From: Octopus bimaculoides
Lineage: Eukaryota
Reading direction: 5' to 3'
DNA: 64,000 bases
Assembly: GCF_001194135.2 (NCBI RefSeq)
Contig: NC_068990.1
Coordinates: forward strand, 84,159,634-84,223,633
How positions within the stretch are numbered: the stretch's first letter is position 1; each line of letters opens with the position of its first letter. The position numbers and the translations under genes are program-made. The notes below the pieces were generated by a model. That model ran no database searches, was not told where the DNA came from, and was given only the letters and a program-made list of their open reading frames with translations. Positions 40,390-53,680 of the stretch are shown here, piece by piece.

Positions 40390-42088
40390 AGTACTATCTG
40401 AACAATAGCTGCATGGGTAGTTTTAATATGACAGAAAACCAAACCATAAATCCTAGCTATTATCAGATTGTATTGACAGACAGGTTACATCATAAAAAAA
40501 TCACTATGACGGAAGTTAAGCCTTGTTTTAAGTAACACGTTCTATATCATGGACTCTTCCCCCTACCCAGCAAACGAAGATTCAAACTGAGATACCAAAT
40601 GCATCATAAGGGCCAAAGGAATTTATTTTTCCTTTATTTCCACTCACATACATTGTAAATCATGTCAAATAAGATAACCAAGAGACAAAATACTGATTTC
40701 TTTCAATTAGATGCAAAAACAAATATATTGCCAACACTTGCTTTATCAACCTCAAAGTGTAACAAGCACCTCAGCACATAAAAGATACCAGCCCATCCAT
40801 CCTGCTGAATTGAACACAGCACTTGCAAACTAACACACCTCTTAACTTTAGTTCTACAGCTATTGCTTTGAGCAGTCGTTATGTTTCAACACTGTTGAAT
40901 ATATTTTCAGCTTATGTAGACTGATCCATTTAGGAGTTATATTTGTTAATGCCTAAGATGCAAATTTACTTAACACATCACTATTTTACCAGAATAGTTT
41001 GTGAGAAGAAAACAACATGAAGTGTTTTGCTCAAGAACACAGTGCACCATCCTGTCCAGGAACTGAAACCATGATCTTGCGAGTCCAGCTCCTTAACCAC
41101 TAGGCCATGCACCCTCTCTCTCTCTATCTCTATCATATATATATTTTTATATATGTAACAAACAAATAAACATATGAATTGGAGCATGACATGGTCCTCC
41201 AGCTTGTCAGATCCTGCCAAACATTCAATGTTGTATGCACAAGTGCTTATGTATGAAGTGTGTATATATCTTACATACAGGAGGGGGGGGCATATACATA
41301 CACACAACAGCAACATGTTCCTGTCCCTTTTATCATATTTTAATAACCACTCAACACCCAGCAAAAACCATTTCCCTTTCTTCTATAATCCCACTCAGTC
41401 AAAAGAGTTGCTTAATTTTGAAAGCTACATAGCAGCCTCACTAGTGCCAGTGCCATGGAAAACAAGCACCCGGTGCACACTGTAAAGGAGTTGGTATTTG
41501 GAAGAGCATCCAATCAAACAGATCATGCTGAAGCTGAGACACTGAAGTAAAATGTGGCCCCCAACCTGTTAGAACCTGCCAAACCCACGCCAGACATAAA
41601 TTATGATGATATGCACCTGTACTGGTTCCAGTCATTGGTCTGTAACCATTCTGGGATACAGCTTTCAGGAATTTTCACTAATCATATCAACCACTGTACT
41701 AGTTCCAGTTTCACTCTTATTTTATCATTTCTATCAACTAATTCAGTGGTTCTTAACCAAGGGTGAATCGCCCCCTTGAAGGTGAAAATTGAATCTTTTT
41801 GTGGAACATCACCAATGTCAGGGCTCACACTAGTTAGTCCTTTCTACATTTAAATTTAGAATAAAGTTTTATTTTAATTCATTTTTCTTTTGCATTTACT
41901 TGNNNNNNNNNNNNNNNNNNNNNNNNNNNNNNNNNNNNNNNNNNNNNNNNNNNNNNNNNNNNNNNNNNNNNNNNNNNNNNNNNNNNNNNNNNNNNNNNNN
42001 NNNNNNNNNNNNNNNNNNNNNNNNNNNNNNNNNNACTTATTTATGTTTTACCTGTGTGCCATAAAGGAATGTAATTTAATGCATGCCA

Positions 42089-42134
<46 letters not shown>

Positions 42135-42161
42135 AAATATATGTACATAAAAAATAAAATT

Positions 42162-42210
<49 letters not shown>

Positions 42211-43139
42211 TGCATATAATGTACATACATACATGTACATACTGTATCATCGTAGTTTTTGAAAGAACATTCAGTAATGAGTCTTGTAGACTAACAAGCA
42301 GTAAGTTAATCAGAGAACAGAAATGGATCACAGGCATCACCAATTGAAATCAAGCCCAAATTACCTACCTAACCCAAAAATACATTGGAAACAACATACA
42401 CACAGAAAGGTGGGTAGGCAGCTTCCAGCAGAAAGGTTATCAAAATAGATACATTTCAACGAGAATAAGGTTCCTACTGAAGTGGCTTACATTTCAACTT
42501 GCAGATCATTACCTACATCTTTAAATTATTTGGCAGACTCAGTAGAGTAACTACTGAGTCTGCCAAAGTGTCTAGTGGTGCTTAATTGTGTTCATTTAAA
42601 TTCAGAGTTCAAATCCTACCAAGATTTACTTTTGTCTTTTATGTGTCTATACCAATCAAGTGCAGAGGATTTATCTTAATCAACAATTTTTCTCAAAATG
42701 TATGGCTACGGTAAAATTAATAGAGTAGCACACAAAGTGCCTAACAGTATTTAGCTGTGTAACTTTAAAAGCTTTTAGTTCAATGCTAGCAATGGTCAAC
42801 TTTGTTTTTCATCCTTCTGAGCTTGATAAGTACCAGTGAGTACTGATGACCGAAGTAGCTATATCCATCCTCCACATTTGCTCACAAGATTCATTAAGTA
42901 AAATGGAATTTCATCAATCAACAGTTATCTTCCCTTCATCTTTATCATTTTACATCTACTTTCCATACTGGCACAATTAGACAGGTCGTCACAGTCCAGA
43001 TCAGTTCTTGTTCAGAATTACTGCTCTCCTAGACAACCTGGAGGATAGCATCTTGCTTGTATATTCCATCCTTGGTAGGGTTTCTATGACTGGCTGCCCT
43101 TCCTAACACATGGTTGAGTGCATTTTACAGTGGCTATGC

Positions 43140-43142
<3 letters not shown>

Positions 43143-43195
<53 letters not shown>
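43143..43195. repeat. (TG)n microsatellite
   Basis: Direct reading. Confidence 0.98.
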
Positions 43196-43199
<4 letters not shown>

Positions 43200-43447
43200 A
43201 TGCAGTGCCATTCCCCAGCATGGCTGCAGTCCAATGACAGTAACAATATATACATATATATATTGCGACTGGCCCTCATGCCGGTGGCATGTAAAAGCAC
43301 CCACTACACTCTCGGAGTGGTTGGCGTTAGGAAGGGCATCCAGCTGTAGAAACTCTGCCAGATCAGCCTTCTGGCTTGCCAGTCCTTAGTCAAATCGTCC
43401 AACCCATGCTAGCATAGAAAGCGGACGTTAAACGATGATGATGATGA
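43195..43447 (+). mobile_element. RTE-tail-related SINE with (ATG)n tail
   Basis: aagcacccactacactctcggagtggttggcgttaggaagggcatccagctgtagaaac..agcggacgttaaacgatgatgatg. Confidence 0.8.
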
Positions 43448-43689
43448 TGATACATATATATACATATATCTTAGCACATATATATATGTATACATATGGT
43501 AGCACATATATACACATACATCTCCAGACATATATATGTGTACATGTATGTACATATACATTTTTACATAAATACATACATATTCATAGCAACAAAGTGT
43601 GTGTATGTGAGTGTGTTTATTTATATAAACAGATATACAGATATATTTGTTTTTTTTTAAAGATAGTTTTATTGTTTTAGCTTTTACGA

Positions 43690-44880
43690 ATAAAGCTTGC
43701 TGTAGTAGCACCGCCTCCTGTGTGTGTATGTATGTGTAAAATACTCAAGTGCTGCTGCTCATGAGAGTGGTGACGTAAGGAACACAAAATAAATCTTCCT
43801 TGGGATAAATTTACAAACCAAAAATTTGACATTCCTTGTCATCGACATTGCAATATGTGAGCTGCTTCAGCACTTCATTTTTTTAACCCATCAATTTCCT
43901 CCCAGTTTTTTTTTAATTTTTTTTTTATTTTTATACATCTGTAAATGGTCGAAAGGAAGAAAAATGTGAAGGACGATGACCATTTGCTAGACATCCGGTC
44001 AGTATGTATATATCTCATCCTCCTACACAGTGGGAATTGAGAAACGTGAGCAAAGCTATTTCTGACATAAGAAAACTAGCAGGGTGGCGGGGGTGGGGGT
44101 ACAAAGCGAAGTGGTTAGGCAAATGATTAAAATATTTCAATAATGTAATCAGATTATTATAATAAAATTTGGGGCAAATGCCAGGTTTTTGAAATTTNNN
44201 NNNNNNNTACATCTGTAAATGGTCGAAAGGAAGAAAAATGTGAAGGACGATGACCATTTGCTAGACATCCGGTCAGTATGTATATATCTCATCCTCCTAC
44301 ACAGTGGGAATTGAGAAACGTGAGCAAAGCTATTTCTGACATAAGAAAACTAGCAGGGTGGCGGGGGTGGGGGTACAAAGCGAAGTGGTTAGGCAAATGA
44401 TTAAAATATTTCAATAATGTAATCAGATTATTATAATAAAATTTGGGGCAAATGCCAGGTTTTTGAAATTTGATTTTTGATTTTTTTTTTTCCTTTTTCG
44501 CAGGAATAAAACAGTCGATGGAATTCATTCCAGTATCTTATAAAATAATACCAAAAAACAAAAAAAAACTGAGCCTTTGCTACAGTTCTTCAATTTGTAT
44601 TTGACATCACGAGTGAGAGACTTGCAGGGGCACCGCCTTCAAGCAATAAACAGCAGAAAGTCACAACAAACAGAGCGAAGAACTAAACACCATAACGTCT
44701 GGCAGAGAGAGAGACAGAGAGACTTTATCCCTTCACATTGACAATGACTTTCTTTCGTAACTACGAAATAGCGAAAAATTAAAGAACATCTTTTTTTTTT
44801 TTTTAGTGTCTGTTAACCTCACCTAACATACACACATATATACTTACACACGTGTGTGGAGACACACACATCTCTCTCTC

Positions 44881-44913
<33 letters not shown>

Positions 44914-45502
44914 TTTCGCTAATACTAATTGTGAGCTAACTCGTTACTTGACACTAATAATTTTCTATGCCGACAGCTGAAGTCATATGACACAATCAGA
45001 TAAAACCGTTTTTTCTCTCTGGTGCAGCAAAAACAAAATAAAAACATAATGATGAAGGAAAGAAGAAGGTAGCAAGAAAACGGAAATAAAAATATCTAAA
45101 AAAAAAAGTTAACGATTAAATAAAAATTTCTAGAGAAACACAGAAGAGAATTTGCGCCGTTGCCTCCCCCAAATGATGCAGCGAAGTAGAGATTACCATA
45201 CTAAAAACGAATACGAAAGAATGCTCCAGTGCGCCAAGAATTCCTTCAGATTATATATATATATATATATATATATACAAATTAAATGAACAACACACAG
45301 ACACACACATACAAGGAGGGGTTTCGAGCACCGCGTTGGAAATTATCAAACGATGATTCCTGAAACAATTTACGAAAAAATAACCAAAAACAATAACTAA
45401 TTGCAAACAAATTTTGGAGAATAAAATTAAAAAACCAGACACGCACATTATGCCCGTATACATGTGTGTGTGTGTGTGTGTGTACAGGGGCGTGCATGCA
45501 TG

Positions 45503-45544
<42 letters not shown>

Positions 45545-45830
45545 TACAGATATACTGTGCTTAAGTAGAAATTACGCCACATCACGGAAGACAATATTTT
45601 CGCGGGTTTTGCCAGATTATATATATATATAAGAATTAATTATTATGAGGAAAGGGAAAAGCGATTGTATATTCTTGTCAAGCAGAAAAGCACAGATTTA
45701 GAAGCACATTCTTGTACATAGATACTTATCGCTAAACGCAGACAAATATTAACACACACACGTAACCATAAGCGACTATTTGTTGAATTATATATATATA
45801 TATATATATGCATAAAAATATACACGCGCA
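43690..45830. promoter_or_regulatory. Second CpG-rich, promoter/enhancer-like island inside the intron
   Basis: CpG-dense, mostly non-TE sequence with CRE-like TGACGTAA (43771-43778), TGACATCA (44602-44609), ETS CGGAAG (45585-45590) and E2F-like TTTCGCGG (45598-45605). Confidence 0.5.
43934..44471. other. 264-bp identical duplication across a 10-N gap (likely contig-overlap artefact)
   Basis: 43934-44197 equals 44208-44471, with Ns at 44198-44207. Confidence 0.85.
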
Positions 45831-46369
45831 CACACATATATAAAATTAATACATATTACCGTACATTATATAATCATATATATATAAACACATAAATACA
45901 TATAAACATTTACATACACATATATACACACATAATTAACAGGCCTATAAAAAAATAAACGTATATATATACACACACACACACAGAAAGGTATACACAT
46001 TTGTAAGCACAATATCTATATCAATATATTTATAATATATATGATGTAACATCTACTTATATATATATGCATACAAACACACACCACACATATATATATA
46101 GCTAAGGTACCTGACAATTTTAACTGGCTTGTAGCAGGATTTTACGCGGTGCTTTTTGTATGTCATCATATTTATATTTGTTTTTATTGTAATGCAATTG
46201 ATATATTCCGGTTTTCTATGATGTGTGAAACTGTTTATTAATAATTAAAAGCTGGCAACTTAAGAAAACACTGTTTAACTTTGTTTTCATTGTAATTCTA
46301 AATTGATGTGAAATGCATAAAGCAGAAGCAATTCTAACACAAATAGGTTTTATTCAAAAGAGCTATGGA

Positions 46370-48100
46370 GTAAACATTCCTTGTTCTGTAGTTTGGTGCT
46401 CTAATGAAAAAATTATCCACTTGGCCTAACATCTGAGTATGTAACATTAAACTGATCATGAGAGAAACATAGACTTGTTAGTCCAACTCCAGCAATCCTG
46501 AGAGAACTGCTCTTTAGATGTGTTGTGATTGGTCATAGAGAAAGATTGTCACTAAAAATTGAAGGCAATTAAACTAAAATAGCAATGTATAAGATGAAAA
46601 TAGGCGAATGCATTGAATGAAAACGTCTCTTTTCCTTGGCACAGCCAGTCATAACGCTGACTTCAGTCGCATGAGGCATGGATTCCAATAGCTAGTCTTG
46701 TGCTACAACTGAAGTAAAAGGTTTACAACCAGGATTGTTGGCACACTTTTGTTATGTGTAACTCATACTAGGAGAAAGATGAAGTTTTTTCCTCTCCAAA
46801 CATACAAATCTTCAAGACCTGCTCTCAACTCATCAGCTGGTGTCCCTTAAAGGAAGACTGTCAGAGTTTGCTTGAAATCAGCAGAGAACAAAACTGTGAT
46901 TGTACCCATGATGTTAGTGTTGCCGTTGAGATCTTGTTAGGTACGAGTCAGCATGAAAATGCAAGTCTGTGAAACATCATGCATTCGTCTAATACTTTCG
47001 ACTTATTCTGCTTCAGAATCAGTGCTTGTTTCACTCCTTTGCCAATATTGTACAAAGGACTATAATTGTGTACACGGTTTGAGTTGCAGTTTAAAAGCAG
47101 AATGGACAGTGCTGCCACCTGTGAGCGAAGCAGTAGCTGTTTCAAAGGTTTGAATGAATGAAACTTTCAGCCAAAATTTGATTTATTAAAAACCTTCACC
47201 TGTTCCACCAGAATTGTGGCTGTGTAATTAAGAAGTTCACTTTCCATCTATATAGTTTTGGGTTCAACGTCTTCTACTACAGCCCCAGGTTGACCAAAAC
47301 CTTGTGAGTGAATTTGGTAGATGGAAACAGAAAGAAGTCCATCATATATGTGAGAGAGTGTGTGTGTGTGTGTGTGTGTGTGCATGCGTTTTGTGTGTAT
47401 TTACATTTAAACTACAAAAGTTACAAGTGATGAGCAGTGTTGTAGTCACTTCTTCAGTCAACAAATCATCCACCAGCTTTGCACCTTCAAAAGATCTCTT
47501 GCTTGGAAAACTGATAAGGGTGAGCAAAAGGTAGAGCATTCATTTGAAAAACAAACCTCAGTCAAATATCACCAATTGTTTGACCCTTTTACTTTCTTAT
47601 TTTAACCAAGAATGGCTCATTTTGGTATGCATACTGTTCTACTGTTGACAGTCAAAGATAATTACCTAAAGAATCTGAGAGTTGCACCTGTAGTTTGTAT
47701 TGGAGTTACTTGTCTGCAATATGCAGTATTTTCAATGAAGATCAATGCTTAGTTGTACATGTTAGACATAAACTTTAAATGCAAGTTTTTTGACTCTTAT
47801 TTCACATGTTCTTCTTTTAAGCCACCCTGATGATTATGCCAAAGTTGGTGAAAACCGGATGATGAACAAACATAACAAACATGCTCCTCATTTTGCTGTG
47901 GAATACAAGATTGTAGCCTCTTCTAAGGTACTATTCCAGTCCACTTTATGTCCAACGAGGCATCTTCTCTAGCAAGCTGCACAGAATTTTCCAGACTTAT
48001 CAAGAACTGTTTTGAGGTCCTAGAATGATGTTAGACCATGAATATTGAGCAGGAGGTGCTTGAAATTTAAATAGACTACAAAAGTTCCTCATTTAAAAAT
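46370..48100 (-). mobile_element. Decayed Helitron Rep/PIF1-helicase, with a SINE inserted at about 47205-47395
   Basis: Ordered motifs LLLNIHGLTSF*DLKTV..WNSTLEEA; SLTGGSTVHSAFKL; DECMMFHRLAF; QDLNGNTNIMGTITVLFSADFKQTL..GTPADEL; CFSHDQFNVTYS. Many stops and internal deletions. Confidence 0.88.
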
Positions 48101-48529
48101 CCTACCTTCAAAATGTTATAATGTATATTTTCACTGTTACAGCTGAGCTTTGAATGCATGGAAAAGTAGATGCTAAAACAATGATGCTGTTGACCCTTAA
48201 ATTTGGCTACACTTCTAAAAATATCCAGGTACTATACTCTACAAATCAGACAGTTAATTTTTATAAAATGCGAAATAATACTCAAGCATTAATGTAAGTT
48301 AAAAGTCAGATTTATAGAATATTACACCTAAATGTTTTAGAAACAAATTTCAATGAAAGAAATTGTTTTCTATCTTCCATGATATTTGAAACTGTGTACT
48401 AACTTTTCAATATGGAATTCTAATAACAGCATTCTAGATATACATTATACTAGCATGTGTGTATGTGTAATTAAATAGAAAGAATGAGAGAGATTAAAAA
48501 CTGATTGAGAAAGAAAAATTAATCAACAC

Positions 48530-48548
48530 ACACACACACACACATATA

Positions 48549-48598
<50 letters not shown>
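48530..48598. repeat. (CA)n then (TG)n compound microsatellite (fold-back potential)
   Basis: Direct reading. Confidence 0.95.
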
Positions 48599-48601
<3 letters not shown>

Positions 48602-49244
48602 GTACACATGCACAATGAGATCAGCAACAAATTTAGTATGCAAATAGTAGACCATCAGGGCTCAGTCATCAACCTCTCTAAAGACCTATACTGGAAATAT
48701 TTACAGTACTAAGAAACAGTCGGATCTAGTAACATTTTCAGCTGATGCAGAGATGAAATAAGGCCCCACAAAAAATGTACATTTTTGATCATTGAAAAAC
48801 TATTTCCCAAACACACAAGCTTTACTCTCTCTTTCTCTCCCCACCCCTTTCTAGATGACTGCTACAAATATACTTAAGTAATGAAGAAAAGGTTTCACAC
48901 AAAATGTGTTGTGAACAAAGAATGGTCTAAGAATATATTAAGCTTGAGAAAAATATAGCATTCAGTTTTACCTCTTGTAATAAGTTAATACTTTACAATG
49001 CATTTACAGTCCCAGCAGTGGCACCAACATTTGTAATGTTTGCCTGTAGAAGAAATTTCCTCGCAACACATTAAAGGCAGTGATATCTGGAATCTTCCAC
49101 TGAAATAATGATACTGACAGCACCAAAAATTAATAAATCAACCAAATGCTTAAAAATGATGAGAACAACATTCTACGAGTCAGTAGTGAACTCGAGAAGT
49201 ATTCACATCCAGATGGCCTTCCATGCAACCCCAGAATTACTGGA

Positions 49245-49640
49245 CTATCGTCATTCAAAGTCCGTTTTCCATGCTGGCATGGATTGAGCAATTTAACCAG
49301 AGCTGGTAAGGCCAGGAGCTGCACCAGGTTCCATTATCTATTCTGGCATAGTTTCTACAGTTGAATGCTCTTCCTAATGCCAACCACTCCAAAGAGTGAG
49401 CAGGGTGTTCTTTTATGTGGCACCAGCACTGGTATCAATTCTGCTGTGGTGGTCAGGTCTTCTTGAGTACAACAAGGCACCAGATGTCTTGTTCCATTGT
49501 CATCTTTGTACGGCTCAGTGTCTTGAGATTGCCCTTCAATACTTCATCCAGGTCTTCCTGGGTCTCCCTCTTCCATAAGTTCCAGCCACTTTAAGTGATT
49601 AGCACTTCTGTATACAACTACCTAGTGTACCCCGAATAAG
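49245..49640 (-). mobile_element. RTE LINE C-terminus and 3' UTR
   Basis: Minus strand reads GRGRPRKT, followed by the shared octopus RTE/SINE tail ending ccatgccagcatggaaaacggac. Confidence 0.75.
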
Positions 49641-51439
49641 AACAGGAAGAGAAACATTCTACATGCCCAAAAAAGGTCATGTATGACAGAAGGATAGTCT
49701 CTAGGAGTTACGTGTGATACATAATGTTATATTTCAGAGGTTATGCTTTTGCAATCAAAGAACAGGAGAAAGCTACAAAATACTTAATGAGCAAAAGCTC
49801 TTAAACTGCATGATGCAAAAGAAAATGTTGAGGATATCAAATTCTCTGGAAGATATCACACAAGTGATCAGCAGCTGTTCAATAATGTCACTGAGGTACT
49901 ATCTTCTAATACGGCATGATGAGGTTGCAGAAACATAAAACAAAATTCATAGGAAAGACTGCCCTGGGGTAAATAGAAAATATTTCTATTGTTGAAATAA
50001 ACACATGTAAACACAAGGAATATTGGTGAAACATTACCATAAAAATTTCTGCCAAGTGTTCAATATAGTTGTTTGAACAAGAAATAATTATATACAGTTT
50101 TATGCGAACATTTATTTCAAAATCAGTGAGAAAAGAGTATTTGCAGACGACTGTTTAGAAAGCTACAATTTCTCAACCAAGTTTTAAAATTCTTTTATAC
50201 CTATGATTATCAGTGCACTTAGCTACATTAGCAAAAGTTTAAGTGCCAATCTTGAAAAGCTGAAATTTTCAGATCAAGAAAGTAACAGCTAAAATGTAAT
50301 TTAAAAATACAATCTGTAAACAAAATAGTAAAAGGGAGAAAGATTTTTCACTATTGTTGTTATTCAAATTCCAGTAATAGAGCAAGGTTTGTTTCTTTGT
50401 TAGAAACCAGTGCCTTCTTTATGGGAAGGATTCAAATAAAAAAATGGTAACATGGACATATGCATACATACACATGTATAATACAATCATGCATAAATAT
50501 GTTTGTACATACAAAGGTGGCAAATTGAGAGTCATGGATAACATTCATTCTAGCTCACTGCATTCAGAGTTCAAATCCCATAGAGGTCCAATTTGTCTTC
50601 AGAGTTGTTAAAAAAAAAATCGCCAACCCTATACTGGGATAATTTTTTTCTTTCTGAAAGAAACTGACTGTGGTTAAGATTTTGGTAGGGATTGGCTCCA
50701 AAAGATCTAAAATGTCTAAAACAGATTACATATTATGATGGCACTCCTACAATTTCTTATGAAGCTGAAGGCCCAAGGAAGGAAAGACGCGTGTGTATAT
50801 GTGTACATATGTATACACACACGTACATGTGTGCACATATGTATGTACATACATACATACATACATGGACACATAGGTGAAGGCATGATTGTGGGGAAAA
50901 GATCACATCAGAACCATATGGTTTGGGGTTCAGTCCCAAACTCCAAGTCCAGTGGACACTGTTGGTGGGTGTCCTATATTCTAGCTGCAGGTCGACTATT
51001 ATATTTTGTGAGTAAAATTGATGGATGGAACTGAAGAAGCTCATCATGTGAGATTGTGCATTCATACTTCCTTTTATCTTCATATGTTTGCTGGTTGTAG
51101 ACAAAAATTTCACAGTCCACAGGTGTTGTTTGCATGCAGTCTACTACAAAAACACATACAGGCACCTTGTCATGTCTCAATACTGCACAATGTTTGTAAG
51201 AAAGGTGCATTCAAATAGTGTAATTTGTTTTCAGTTCTTCGTGTTACCATGCCCAAGCTGTTTACTGCTCAATACACTGGGGGATTATTACCTTGCTTGG
51301 AAACAGGTGAAGTCTGACAACAGGAAGGGCATCCAGCTGTAAAAAAAACTCTGCCCTAATATAGTCTTATCTGACCCATACAAACATGGAAAAAGCAAAT
51401 GATGAACAAAGATGAAGGTATGTGTGTGTATTAGGCAAC

Positions 51440-52567
51440 AGGTTTACATAGCAAAGAGAATAGCAAAAGGAAAGAGATTTCCCAATGTTCTACAGCAGGA
51501 GGATCAGAGGCATGAGGTGTTCAGGATTGCAAAACAGTGTATCAAAGAGAACAGAGATGTTGTTAGTGAGAAAAGTGTGCGAATGGATAATGGTATGCTT
51601 GCACTTAGCGATTCTGAGAAGAAAGCTTGATGGAAATACCACTATAAAAGGTTGCCAAATGTAGAGAATGCAAATATAGAACCAACCAAGGGATCAGCCA
51701 TCAGAGTCTACAGCAGTAAGATCGATAAGGTAATTAAGGATATGAAGACAGGGAAAGTTCTCGGACCATCAGGAATCACTGCTGAGATGCTTAAAATATC
51801 TAGCAGAGTGGGATATGGCCTAGTCACTTGCATAATTAATCAGGTTATCCAGGAAGGTGTCATATCCAACAACTAGTGTAATAGTATTTTAGTTAGCTGC
51901 TACAAGGATAAAGCTAATGCCTAGATAAAAACAACTACAGATATATCAGACTCTAACTCTCATGTAAGTTACAGAGAGAGTTATAGCTCGATTGACTAAG
52001 AATAGAATTAAACTAAAGGAAATGCAGTTTGGTTTTGTGTTTGAGAAGGGTACCACAGATGTCATCTTCCTAGTGAGACAACTGTAGGAGAAGTATCTGG
52101 CCAAAAGTAAACCACTGTACTTAGCTTTCATCAACCTGGAGAAAGCTTTTGTCAGAGTCTCTTGCTCTGTTGTCTGGTCGTCTCTAAGGAAGTTAGGAGT
52201 AGATGAGTGGCTTGTTAGAGCTGTACATGCCATGTATAGTGGTGCTATCAGTAAGCTGGGAGTCAGCCAAGAGTACAGTGATGAATCTAGTGTACAGGTA
52301 GGGGTTCACTATGGCTCAGTTCTCAGACCACTTTTATTCATCATAGTCCTCCAGGCCATAACAGACAAATTTAAAACTGGCTGCATGAAGGAACTACTAT
52401 TTGCTGATGACCTCACTCTTATAACAGAATCTGTAACAGAATTGGAGAAGAAATTCCAAGTATGGAAACAAAACCTGGAATCAAAGGACCTTAAAGTTAA
52501 TCTTGCAAACATTAAAGTTGTTGATAGTAAGAAAGCAGACAAGACTCTCTTTCCATCAGGTAAATAG
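51440..52567 (+). mobile_element. Decayed RTE-clade LINE, RT domain
   Basis: Motifs QFGFVFEKGTTDVIFLVRQL, LYLAFINLEKAF, GVHYGSVLRPLLFIIVLQAI and ELLFADDLTLI, with stops and frameshifts. Confidence 0.9.
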
Positions 52568-52699
52568 CCTAGGTTATAGAGAGATGTCTTTACATATGTC
52601 TCTATGGACAGACCAATTTGAATTCTGTGGATTCATAAACAGTTTAAGACAGCATGCATGTTTTACAAGAAAATATATAAGTTAGCCAACATATCTTTT

Positions 52700-53010
52700 A
52701 CTTGTTCCACTCATTAGACTGTTGCCATGCTGGAGCACTGTCTGGAAAGGTTCTTGAAAGGTTTGGTCAAACAAACCTACTCCAGTATTTATAAACCTGG
52801 TAATTGTTTTACCAGTCTCGTTTGCTAAGCCACTTAATTACAGGAAAGTAAACAAACCAACACCAGCTGTCGAGTGGTAGCAGGAGATAAACACACACAC
52901 ACACACACATGCAACAGGCTTCTTTTAGTTTCCCTCTACCAAATCCACTTACAAAGCTTTGGTCAACCCAGGGTTATATTAGAAGACAGTTACCCAAAGT
53001 GCCACACATG
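52700..53010 (-). mobile_element. Older copy of the same SINE family
   Basis: gccatgctggagcac..ctaccaaatccacttacaaagctttggtc..gaagacagttacccaaagtgccac. Confidence 0.75.
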
Positions 53011-53059
53011 GAGAGAAAAAGGGGTTAGTTGAATTAGTTTCAATCCTATGTTGGGATTT

Positions 53060-53680
53060 TATCAGTGATCAAGTAACAATCAAAGACATCATTGGAAAAA
53101 GTGCGCATGAAACGAATGTGGTGCACTTGCCCTTCCCTGGCACCAAGGAAGAGGAATGGAAATGTTACTATGAGAGTTTGGTGAATAGGAATGCAAGAGA
53201 GAGGGGGAGGGTGTGTACACAAAATAGACTCAACAGAGGAACTAGCTATTTGAAGTTAGCTATATTGTTAAAAGCACAATTAAGGATATTAGGGCAAGGG
53301 AAGCTGGACCATCAGGGATAGTCACTAAGATGCTGAAAATAACCTGTGAAGTAGAAAGAACATCTGCCTGTCAGTCCCTTAGCACAGAATGAGTTACATT
53401 CAATGACTGACATCAACAACTGCGACGAGGACAAAGGACATATTCTAGGAAAATGTAACTATAGAAGTGACATAAAATTGATGGACCAGATAATGAAAGT
53501 GACAATAATAGCACAACAGACTAGGAGGAGAATTCGTTTAGATGAAGTGCATTTTGAGTTTATGCCTGGATGAGGGTACCGCCATTGGTCTCTTCTTAGT
53601 AAGACAGCTACAAGGGAAAGTCTTAGCTAAGCCACTGTATCTAGCTTTTGTCAACCTAGAGAAGGTGCCAAGCTGACCAA
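53060..53680 (+). mobile_element. Highly decayed RTE-clade LINE fragment
   Basis: Remnants GKAGPSGIVTKMLK, NYR..IKLMDQIMKV and LYLAFVNLEK, parallel to the 51440 copy. Confidence 0.7.

Noticed and set aside
47501-47520. Partial match to miR-184 (GGA.AACTGATAAGGG)
   Set aside because: The seed region does not match, there is no precursor hairpin, and it lies within TE-derived sequence.
47790-47972. + strand ORF HPDDYAKVGENRMMNKHNKHAPHFAVEY superficially resembling PIP4K2 exons 2-3 (PDDFKA..KVDNH.FNKEN.PSHF..KEY)
   Set aside because: Wrong strand for the gene, and the opposite strand is clearly Helitron coding sequence (WNSTLEEA..QLWHNH), so the resemblance is coincidental.
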